A program made the translations under genes and the position numbers. Below are positions 49,806 through 57,579 of a stretch of DNA of 64,000 nt, one piece after another (the first letter of the stretch is position 1; every line of letters begins with the position of its first letter). A model generated the notes under the pieces. The model saw only the letters and a program-made list of their open reading frames with translations, made no database searches and was not told the origin of the DNA. This DNA comes from an uncultured cyanobacterium (GTDB taxonomy: Bacteria; Cyanobacteriota; Cyanobacteriia; Pseudanabaenales; Pseudanabaenaceae): positions 3,936,001 to 4,000,000 of the forward strand of contig OY969811.1 of NCBI GenBank assembly GCA_963703315.1. The letters are read 5' to 3'.

Positions 49806-49869
49806 CAGCATTTGCGTTTTGAGATTGTATTGGAGAATAAAAATATTGGCGCAAATGCTAAACCCCTAC
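49801..49869 (-). repeat. Oppositely oriented GTAG-REP-like hairpin closing the array
   Basis: GGGTTCAGCATTTGCG...CGCAAATGCTAAACCC-CTAC. Confidence 0.8.
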
Positions 49870-49898
49870 AGTTTTTACATTTTCTATCTTGTTGATTT

Positions 49899-52376
49899 CT
49901 AATTGCCCCAAATTCTATTCAACACAGTTTGAATCTTTTTCTCAAATCTCTCGATTAGTTCACGGTTAGCATTAACAAGAGATTGCTCGGCTTCGATTTC
50001 AGCAACTATTGCTTTTTGGGTTTCAATCGCTGGAACTGGAATCTTTACTTCAAATAATTGAGAGCGATTAATTTTTGGAATACTTGCTCTCTCATAATAA
50101 CCACGAATCCTCTCATTAAAAGCATTTGAAAGCATATATGTAGATAGATATGTGATGTCAATTTTGGAGCTATCAGGTACTAATGGGTACATATCAGAAC
50201 TACAATAGCCACGCATATTAACAACAGACAATTTATTGAGATAAGGACGGATTTTGCTGTATAGCAAACGTTCACCAGAAAACTCATAAACTGGTCCACT
50301 TACTCTCTGGCTTTCGGCTGTTTCTATTTTTAGTAACTTTCCTGTGTTTGATTCGATACTGTCAGCACCGAAGTACGGAAGTGAAGCATCTATGTTTACA
50401 TTAGGGGTAATTGCTGCACCAAGTGTGCAGATTTTACCAAGCTCTACCATTTCCCAATCAGGAGAGATCGCTATATGAGGTCGATAATTATCAATGACAG
50501 CACGAGCGCCGTTGATGACTTTTTGGTAGCCTTCGATTTCGGTGACTATTTCTTTTTGGATAGCGATCGGTGGCAAAGGGATTTGCACACCTCGAACAAT
50601 TTCACTGTTCAGATTATTGACGACTCCACCTGTTGCAGAACGCTTAAATTGTTGAAACACAAAATCTGAGCCAAGAATGAGATAGAAAAAATCTTGATCT
50701 ATCTGTTCAGACTGATTTCGCAATAGAAGCCATCCGTCATGAATACATCCATCAATAGCCATAATATAAGGTCTTCCAAAACTCATTGAGTTAGAAAGAA
50801 TAAAATCACCCTTTTTTACAGCACGGGATTTTTTAGCACCTTCTGGAATGATGCGTTCTTTAGTTTTAGTAATGTATTTTGAGCCTACTTCTGCATCTCC
50901 AATCTTGATCCAATTTATACCGTCAGGTGAATCAGTAATAAAATCATGAATTGGTCTAGGAGATCCCCCTCTTTCTATAGTGCAAATCTCACCAATTGAA
51001 ATTAGAGGATAGCTTAAACTAGCGTTAGCTGCTACATCTCGATATCTCTCCCCACTCAAATTATATTCACCATTAGCCGCAATCCTAGACTTCGGCACAA
51101 CCAAAACCCGATCATCATTCGCAATTCCTAATTCGTAATTCGTAATTGACAATTCGTAATTCGTAATTTGCTCCAACACAAAAGGCAAATCATCCCCCTC
51201 AACCGCCCGCCTTTGAGCGCCCAAACCGAATCCATCATTCTCGACCTTAAAAAATGCAATCTTATCCGTCTTCTTCGCCAAAGACTTATCCAAGATTAAA
51301 ATCGAAGTCTTCACCCCAGAATACGGATTAAAAACCCCAGCAGGAAGCGAAATCACCGCCACCAGCGAATTCTCAACCAACATCTTCCGCAAATCCTTAT
51401 AAGCAGTCTGACTCTGGAAAATAATCCCCTCAGGCACAATAATCCCCGCCCTACCCCTAGGCGAAAGATGTTCCGCCATATAGTCCACAAATAGAACCTC
51501 ACTCCGCTTCGCCTGAATCGAAAACCGCTTATGGGGCTTAATCCCACCCTTCGGCGACATAAACGGCGGATTTGCAAGGATCACATCCGCAAACTCATTC
51601 CACTTATCCTCAGAAGTCAACGTATCGTACTCAGCAATTTGCGGACTCTTAAAACCATGCAAATAGAGATTTACCAACGACAACCGCACCATATCAGGCG
51701 AAATATCATAACCTCTAAAATTAGTCGCCATCAGCCCCTTCTCATCAGGCGTAAGCGTACTATTCCCCTGAGCATCCAGATTAGACCGCAAAATATGCTT
51801 ATACGCCGAAATCAAAAAACCCGCCGTACCACAAGCAGGATCGAGAATCACCTCACCCTTTTGCGGACGCAAAACCTCCACCATAAAATCAATAATATGG
51901 CGCGGCGTGCGGAACTGCCCCGCATCCCCCTGCGAACCCAACACCGACAGCAAATACTCAAACGCATCCCCCAACCGTTCCGAATGATCGTAGGTAAACC
52001 CATCAATCACCTTCAAGAAACTCTTCAGCGTCTCAGGATCGCGATAGGGAAGATACGCATTCTTAAAAATATCTCGAAACAACGCAGGAATCCCCGCATT
52101 CTGCGGCATCGTGCTAATCCCCTCACTGTAAAGGCTCAGCAACTCATGACCGCCCACCGTCGGACTCATCAACCGTCCCCAACCAAACTTCGCAAACTCA
52201 CCCGCAAAAAAACTGCGATCGCCCCCCAACTCCTCCACCTCCGCATCCATATCATCCATAAACTTATAGATGAGAGCGATCGTAATCTGTTCCACTTGCG
52301 ACTTCGGATCAGGAACCTTCCCCACCAAAATGTCACGAGCAGTATCAATACGGCGTTTAGTTTCAGAATCAAGCAT
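49899..52376 (-). CDS. hsdM: Fused type I methyltransferase-specificity subunit (HsdM-HsdS)
   Basis: GQFRTP, DPACGTAGFL (motif I) and NPPF (m6A motif IV), then two TRDs bounded by IPLPP..Q / IPVP...Q conserved helices. Confidence 0.92.
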   Translation of the reverse strand: MLDSETKRRIDTARDILVGKVPDPKSQVEQITIALIYKFMDDMDAEVEELGGDRSFFAGEFAKFGWGRLMSPTVGGHELLSLYSEGISTMPQNAGIPALFRDIFKNAYLPYRDPETLKSFLKVIDGFTYDHSERLGDAFEYLLSVLGSQGDAGQFRTPRHIIDFMVEVLRPQKGEVILDPACGTAGFLISAYKHILRSNLDAQGNSTLTPDEKGLMATNFRGYDISPDMVRLSLVNLYLHGFKSPQIAEYDTLTSEDKWNEFADVILANPPFMSPKGGIKPHKRFSIQAKRSEVLFVDYMAEHLSPRGRAGIIVPEGIIFQSQTAYKDLRKMLVENSLVAVISLPAGVFNPYSGVKTSILILDKSLAKKTDKIAFFKVENDGFGLGAQRRAVEGDDLPFVLEQITNYELSITNYELGIANDDRVLVVPKSRIAANGEYNLSGERYRDVAANASLSYPLISIGEICTIERGGSPRPIHDFITDSPDGINWIKIGDAEVGSKYITKTKERIIPEGAKKSRAVKKGDFILSNSMSFGRPYIMAIDGCIHDGWLLLRNQSEQIDQDFFYLILGSDFVFQQFKRSATGGVVNNLNSEIVRGVQIPLPPIAIQKEIVTEIEGYQKVINGARAVIDNYRPHIAISPDWEMVELGKICTLGAAITPNVNIDASLPYFGADSIESNTGKLLKIETAESQRVSGPVYEFSGERLLYSKIRPYLNKLSVVNMRGYCSSDMYPLVPDSSKIDITYLSTYMLSNAFNERIRGYYERASIPKINRSQLFEVKIPVPAIETQKAIVAEIEAEQSLVNANRELIERFEKKIQTVLNRIWGN
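51123..51171. repeat. In-frame AATTCGT heptamer array inside hsdM-S
   Basis: AATTCCT AATTCGT AATTCGT AATTGAC AATTCGT AATTCGT AATTTGC, encoding QITNYELSITNYELGI. Confidence 0.9.
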
Positions 52377-52380
52377 TTTT

Positions 52381-52503
52381 AATTAATTACGAATTACGAA
52401 TTATCAATTACGAATTGCAAAATCGTAAATTGGTAGAATATTATAACTCCTAAGCCTTACCCCCAACCTCCACCTCGTAATTCGTAATTCCTAATTCGTA
52501 ATT
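52381..52503. repeat. Inverted pair of heptamer arrays (site A)
   Basis: (AATTACG)n arm, a spacer of about 60 nt, then CCACCTCGTAATTCGTAATTCCTAATTCGTAATT. Confidence 0.9.
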
Positions 52504-52509
52504 AAATAG

Positions 52510-52746
52510 ATGAAAACCATACCAGTAGACAACCTCACCACCAACTTCATAAACCTCCTAGAAGAAATCGCCATCACAGGCGACCCCATCGAACTTGACT
52601 GGCAAGGCAAACGTTTTCAAATTCTGCCAGTACAGAAAAAAAGCCGACTCGACAATCTTGTACCCCGCCCCGAAGTATACATTGGCGATCCTGAAGATCT
52701 GGTAAACATCTCTTGGGAGCATGAAATAAACCTTGATTTACCTTGA
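52510..52746 (+). CDS. Phd/YefM-like antitoxin (VapB-type), orphaned
   Basis: NFINLLEEIAITGDPIEL...GDPEDLV pattern; its end overlaps a VapC-like start. Confidence 0.75.
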   Translation: MKTIPVDNLTTNFINLLEEIAITGDPIELDWQGKRFQILPVQKKSRLDNLVPRPEVYIGDPEDLVNISWEHEINLDLP

Positions 52747-52768
52747 CACGAAAATCATAAATTCGTAA
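52733..52768 (+). pseudogene. 5' stub of a VapC/PIN toxin truncated at a heptamer array
   Basis: TTG ATT TAC CTT GAC ACG = MIYLDT, the PIN N-terminal motif, overlapping the antitoxin stop. The frame then runs into AATTCGTAA and stops. Confidence 0.6.
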
Positions 52769-52778
52769 TTCGTAATTT

Positions 52779-53186
52779 CTAATTCTTAACTACAAGGCGC
52801 TCAAAATCAGTTACCGAAATAATGATAGTTTCTAACATTCTTTGCGCTTCTGAGAAATCTTTGTCACCTGTAATAAAAAAATTGGCTGAACCTGCGATCG
52901 CGCAAGCTAAGAATTTTGCATCTTTTTGATCGCGAGGAAAATCAATTTCTATCTCTACATCAATGCAATTTGTCATTAAATCAAACACCATCAACCACTT
53001 TTCGATAATTTCTTGAGGCAGCTTAAATTTCGGACGACCGATCACAGCTTTATATTCTGTCAAAATATCTGACGAGACTATCCACTCAAATTCTTCATGC
53101 TCAGCAACAAACAAAATAACCTGTTCAGGAGCGCGATCTTTTAGAATTGCTGACACCAAAACATTCGTATCAATAACAACTCTCAT
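52779..53186 (-). CDS. PIN-domain toxin
   Basis: RVVIDTNVLVSA, RDQKDAKFLACA and ITGDKDF motifs. Confidence 0.9.
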   Translation of the reverse strand: MRVVIDTNVLVSAILKDRAPEQVILFVAEHEEFEWIVSSDILTEYKAVIGRPKFKLPQEIIEKWLMVFDLMTNCIDVEIEIDFPRDQKDAKFLACAIAGSANFFITGDKDFSEAQRMLETIIISVTDFERLVVKN

Positions 53187-53425
53187 AAACCTTGACGATA
53201 AGATTCAATCTCAGCCATAATTTCAGCTTCAGAAATAGCTTGTACTTGAGGTAAGCCCTGAGTCTCTTTAAAAAGAGCGCGTAGATCAAAAGGTAAAATC
53301 TTCTTCCTGCGATTAGCTTTAAGCACAATTACCCTCACTTCACAGCCCTCCAATTCTGTTCTCAGAGAATCAGGAACTTGAATTTTTCCATTAGACACAG
53401 TAGTTTTAAATTCTTCAGCAAGCAT
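53183..53425 (-). CDS. Putative antitoxin (AbrB-like N-terminus) for the PIN toxin
   Basis: NGKIQVPDSLR and ISEAEIMAEIESYR; 4-nt overlap with the toxin gene. Confidence 0.7.
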   Translation of the reverse strand: MLAEEFKTTVSNGKIQVPDSLRTELEGCEVRVIVLKANRRKKILPFDLRALFKETQGLPQVQAISEAEIMAEIESYRQGL

Positions 53426-53426
53426 A

Positions 53427-53541
53427 ATAATTACGAATTACGAATTAAAAACACATTATATCGCCTAGATCTGTCATCCTTAATCCCAATTCCCAATTCG
53501 TAATTCGTAATTCGTAATTCCTAGTTGAATAATTCGTAATT
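53427..53541. repeat. Inverted pair of heptamer arrays (site C)
   Basis: AATTACGAATTACGAATT ... AATTCCCAATTCGTAATTCGTAATTCGTAATTCC. Confidence 0.9.
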
Positions 53542-54058
53542 AACTAATTAAACCCTCAACCAACTTCATCGGCAAATAAAGCCTCATCGGATCTTGTTTA
53601 AATCTTTGAAATCCATACTTTAAATAAAAACTCGCAGCATCCTCATCCAAAGCCTCGGCAATGACAGCCAAAGATGCAATCTGACTTGATACTTCAAAAG
53701 ACTTCATCAGCGCATCAATTAACAATAGTTCGCCAAACCGTTTCCCTCTTTGTTGCCGATCAATTCCCAAACGACCGAGCAAAGTCGCTGGTAATAAAGG
53801 ATATCGTGGCAAAGACTTAGCAAAAGTACCATCAAGAGCCGTCACCTCCACAACAAAAGCCGAAAGAGAGTAATAGCCCAAGATATCTGTTTCAAGTTCA
53901 TCTTCTTGCGCGTCAACCAAAACAAACACAGTCGATATCTTCCTTTTGAGATCCTGTGTAGCCTGCTTGCGAAGGTAATTATCTAGACTATCTTTACCAC
54001 AACAAAAACTAGAGCGCCGATGCTTGCGACTATCCAAAGGCTCGATTTTGAGAACCAT
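53540..54058 (-). CDS. GNAT acetyltransferase toxin (TacT/AtaT/KacT-like)
   Basis: FCCGKDSLDNYL, LLGRLGID..QRGKRFGELLL and AASFYLKYGF motifs. Confidence 0.9.
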   Translation of the reverse strand: MVLKIEPLDSRKHRRSSFCCGKDSLDNYLRKQATQDLKRKISTVFVLVDAQEDELETDILGYYSLSAFVVEVTALDGTFAKSLPRYPLLPATLLGRLGIDRQQRGKRFGELLLIDALMKSFEVSSQIASLAVIAEALDEDAASFYLKYGFQRFKQDPMRLYLPMKLVEGLIS

Positions 54059-54345
54059 TAAGCCCTCATGGTTTGCTTATATCTGACCGCCGCAGCATTT
54101 AGAGCCTCATTAGGCAAAGGTGGATTCAGCAAAGCCTCCACAAAAAGTTCACTATCTTCTCGATTAAGCTTGAGAGTTTGATGCTTCGCAATCACCGTAT
54201 AGGCAGCCTCCTGTAAACTAGCAATCACAAAATCAGTGAGAGTACGCCCCTCCAAATCAGCCGCCTTTTGCCACATAGCCTTAATCTCAGGGCTAACACG
54301 AGCTTCCAGCCTCGCCATTGTCTTCGCAGGTGTTGCAGATGTCAT
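54058..54345 (-). CDS. DUF1778 RHH antitoxin (TacA/KacA-like)
   Basis: ARLEARVS...AADLEGRTLTDFVI...FVEALLNPP.PNEAL pattern; ATG 54345 taken as start. Confidence 0.9.
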   Translation of the reverse strand: MTSATPAKTMARLEARVSPEIKAMWQKAADLEGRTLTDFVIASLQEAAYTVIAKHQTLKLNREDSELFVEALLNPPLPNEALNAAAVRYKQTMRA

Positions 54346-54371
54346 AGCATAATATTGAAATCTACATAAAT

Positions 54372-54392
54372 TGTACGGCAATCAGACGTACA
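54372..54392. promoter_or_regulatory. Probable RHH antitoxin operator palindrome
   Basis: TGTACG-GCAATCAGA-CGTACA just upstream of the DUF1778 gene, resembling GTAC-based operators of DUF1778-GNAT modules. Confidence 0.6.
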
Positions 54393-54402
54393 TTAATTAT
54401 TT

Positions 54403-54512
54403 AATTACGAATTATCAATTACGAATTAAGATTTTGATTGCACAGCAAATGAAACAATACCCAAAAAACACCACCTCGTAATTCGTAATTCCCAATTCGT
54501 AATTGAATAATT
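54403..54512. repeat. Inverted pair of heptamer arrays (site D), direct repeat of site A
   Basis: AATTACGAATTATCAATTACGAATT ... CCACCTCGTAATTCGTAATTCCCAATTCGTAATT. Confidence 0.9.
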
Positions 54513-57061
54513 CAAGCCATAAACCTTTCCAACGCCACAAACTGCCTCACATACTCAGGAATCAAATCACGATATGACTTCGGCACAGCCTTAAAATCGT
54601 TTGTTGAAAAGAACGCATTTGTTGCTAATTCCGTGTAATTCTTGCCCTCAATAATTTTCCGAATCTGGTCATTAGTCACATAAGCCTTAAAGTAATTTCT
54701 AATCGCAGGAATAGACTCGTTAGGCTGATAATTTGCCACAAACTTTTCAAACTCCTCCTCCAATAACTCATCCTTCAACTTAAATCTGGGTATTAACCCA
54801 AAAATCTTTTCTAAAATCTCGCGCAACTCCAACCGCCGATCCACCGCCGCCGCTTTACGCAACTTCTCCAAGGTATAAGACTGTTCAGAATCAGCAAAAA
54901 ATTTCTCATTCACATAAGCGATCGCCTTTTCCCAATGCCCGACCTCGATCGCCGCCGCTAACTCGCGATCATTGCGAATCACCTCCTCAAATCGCTCAAA
55001 ATATAAGCGATCGATTTTCATGCCACCATAGGCGATCGCCTCTTCCTTGAGGCTCAATAAAATATCGCTGCCAAGATGCTCATAACTGCCAATCCCTTTC
55101 ACCGTCTCACTATCATCATCGCGATCGCCTCCAGTCCCACTTTGAGGATTGGCTTTGGGCTTCGGCAACGCCAACACCTCATCATATTTAAAATCTTTCT
55201 CAAAATATTCACAGTTTGCAAAGAAATCAAATAATTTAAAAGCAGTCTTCTCTGGCTCCCTGATACTGCCCTTGAGATCCGCATCATGCAAATCATTCAA
55301 AAAATTATGCCTACGAGTCCCCCTTCCCTTAATTTGAATAAAATCTGTTGGTGAAAAAATTGGACGAAATAGCCCCAAATTCAACAAATCAGGGCAATCA
55401 TAGCCCGTCGTCATCATCCCCACCGTCACACATACCCGCGCCTTGCTCGTCCGATAGGTTTCCAAAAAGTTCGCCGTGCCGCGTAAATTGTTATTCGTGA
55501 AATTACTCGTAAACTGTTGAGCGTCCGTAATTTGTGATGTCACCTGTACTGCAAAATCCGATTGATATCGATTCGGAAATATCCGATCCGCCATCTCATT
55601 TAAAATTTGGGTCAACGTGGTCGCATGAGGCTGACTCACAGCAAAAATAATTGACTTGCCAATCTCACCACTAATCGGATCGCGAAAAGCCGTCTCTAAA
55701 AACGTCTTACAAAAAAGTTGATTGGTCGCAGGTGAAAAAAAGCGCTTCTCAAATTGCCGAATTTTAAAACTCTCTTCCGTCTTTTCACCTTCCTCATCCG
55801 TAAACTCCACCACAAAACCTTGTTTCGACAAAAGCTCAGTCGTTACTTCTGTACGCCCATCCACCACCGTCGGCTGAATCAAAAAGCCATCTCTAACCCC
55901 ATCATTCAAGCCATAGGTAAAAGTCGGAATCCCATCCTCACAGCCAAAAGTGCGATAGGTATCCAGCATCATCCGCCGCTCAGATTCTCGCGGATCTTTA
56001 GTCGTGGGCTTAGCTCTGTCAAATTGCTTCAGATAATCCTTCGGTGTCGCCGTTAGCCCCAATTTGTAACCAATAAAATACTCAAATACTGCCCGTGAGT
56101 TCCCCCCAATCGAGCGATGCGCCTCATCGGAAATTACCAAATCAAAATCTGTTGGCGAAAAGCGATCGCGATATTTATTACCCGTCAGCAATGACTGCAC
56201 CGTAGTCACCACAATATCCGCAAGTCGCCAATCATTCCGATTTTCCTTATAAATCGCCGTCTTATAGTCATTTTTAAGCAATAGATCAAAAGCTTTCTTA
56301 GCTTGTTCCTCTAACTCAATGCGATCGACCAAAAACAACACCCGCCGCGCATTTCCCGTCCGCAAAAACAACTTGATCACCGCCGCCGAAGTCAGCGTCT
56401 TCCCTGTCCCCGTCGCCATCTGAAACAAAAAGCGATTTTTCCCCGCGTTTACTGCATCTTGTAAAGCCGCGATCGCCTGTTTTTGATAACCCCTCAAAAA
56501 GCGCAACTTATTCTTCTCAATAAAACTCGCTCTTTCCAGTTCATTCTTCCATCCTGCATTATTCTCATAATCAGGATATTGCGTCAACACCACATAATTA
56601 TCATCAATCACCTCATCCACAAGACGTTGCGGTTCAGCAATCACTTTCTGATAACCCATCACCGATTGAGGCGTAGGGAAATTTGTAATTTCATAGGGAT
56701 TCCCTTGTTCCAAATCCCAAAAATAATGCAAAGTTCCATTGGATAGAATCACGAAACGGCATTTTTGAGACTTCGCATAATCTCGCGCCTGTTCTTTCCC
56801 CACAAGCGGATCAAGATCCCCCGCCTTTGCTTCCAAGACAATAAACGGAAAGCCCTTTTCATTCAGCAACAAAAAGTCAATAAAGCCCTTGCTTGTCTTC
56901 TCGAAATCCTCCCCAAACTCATCTAAATCCAAAGATGTAATCTGCGTCCCTGCTTCAAGCGCTATATTCGCAGGTTGCCCCCCTTCCGCAAAAAAACGCC
57001 AACCCGCCGACTCAAGCAACCTATTAATCTTAATTCGGGCTGTAGCCTCATTATTGGTCAT
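54512..57061 (-). CDS. hsdR: Type I restriction endonuclease subunit R (EcoEI/EcoAI-like)
   Basis: Nuclease D...LEAK, MATGTGKT, DEAHRS, LTATP, TTGYDCP and QIKGRGTR motifs. Confidence 0.92.
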   Translation of the reverse strand: MTNNEATARIKINRLLESAGWRFFAEGGQPANIALEAGTQITSLDLDEFGEDFEKTSKGFIDFLLLNEKGFPFIVLEAKAGDLDPLVGKEQARDYAKSQKCRFVILSNGTLHYFWDLEQGNPYEITNFPTPQSVMGYQKVIAEPQRLVDEVIDDNYVVLTQYPDYENNAGWKNELERASFIEKNKLRFLRGYQKQAIAALQDAVNAGKNRFLFQMATGTGKTLTSAAVIKLFLRTGNARRVLFLVDRIELEEQAKKAFDLLLKNDYKTAIYKENRNDWRLADIVVTTVQSLLTGNKYRDRFSPTDFDLVISDEAHRSIGGNSRAVFEYFIGYKLGLTATPKDYLKQFDRAKPTTKDPRESERRMMLDTYRTFGCEDGIPTFTYGLNDGVRDGFLIQPTVVDGRTEVTTELLSKQGFVVEFTDEEGEKTEESFKIRQFEKRFFSPATNQLFCKTFLETAFRDPISGEIGKSIIFAVSQPHATTLTQILNEMADRIFPNRYQSDFAVQVTSQITDAQQFTSNFTNNNLRGTANFLETYRTSKARVCVTVGMMTTGYDCPDLLNLGLFRPIFSPTDFIQIKGRGTRRHNFLNDLHDADLKGSIREPEKTAFKLFDFFANCEYFEKDFKYDEVLALPKPKANPQSGTGGDRDDDSETVKGIGSYEHLGSDILLSLKEEAIAYGGMKIDRLYFERFEEVIRNDRELAAAIEVGHWEKAIAYVNEKFFADSEQSYTLEKLRKAAAVDRRLELREILEKIFGLIPRFKLKDELLEEEFEKFVANYQPNESIPAIRNYFKAYVTNDQIRKIIEGKNYTELATNAFFSTNDFKAVPKSYRDLIPEYVRQFVALERFMA

Positions 57062-57253
57062 GGCAAACCCCAGTATTAAACTTGAACACAGATTAATTTT
57101 TCTGCTTTATTTCATTGTTTAATTATAAAACAACTTGCGATCACCGTCCCTCGGCATCTTTTGCGTTTTGGTTTTGTCCTAACGTAACTGACTACAGCTA
57201 TACCATACAGATTTTCTAGCGATCGCCTAGTAGGAGTTAACGAATGGTCGTAT

Positions 57254-57360
57254 TTACAGCCATTTCCGATCAAACGAACCACAAGAATAAATTTGAAAGC
57301 GTTGCGAAGCAACGCTTTCAAATTTATTCTTGGTTCGGGTTTGAGCGCAAAGCGCTGTAA
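57254..57360. mobile_element. MITE-like element, TTACAGC...GCTGTAA family
   Basis: Terminal inverted repeat around a long central hairpin AAGAATAAATTTGAAAGCGTTGC-GAA-GCAACGCTTTCAAATTTATTCTT. Confidence 0.6.
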
Positions 57361-57579
57361 CTTGGCGATCGCCCAACTTAAAGACAAGATCGGGAATATC
57401 GTTTTAAATTAGTATGACGATTAAATTTGGGGTGATCAGTTAGGCGATCGCCTACAATGGCACTATTAGCAAGACATCTCTCCCCAACAAATTTTTAATT
57501 TTGCTAATCTAGGCGGGTAGCAAAACTTTACCGTTCTAGTAAAATACTGCCAACCCCATAAACTTAATTCAGAAGCATC

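Noticed and set aside
51531..52382. 283-aa + strand ORF
   Set aside because: Antisense shadow of hsdM, likely kept open by its biased codon usage; composition is not protein-like.
52377..54512. Classical integron
   Set aside because: No IntI tyrosine recombinase, no clear attC RYYYAAC/GTTRRRY boxes, and one cassette is inverted.
57112..57387. 91-aa minus-strand ORF
   Set aside because: Made largely of MITE/palindrome sequence.
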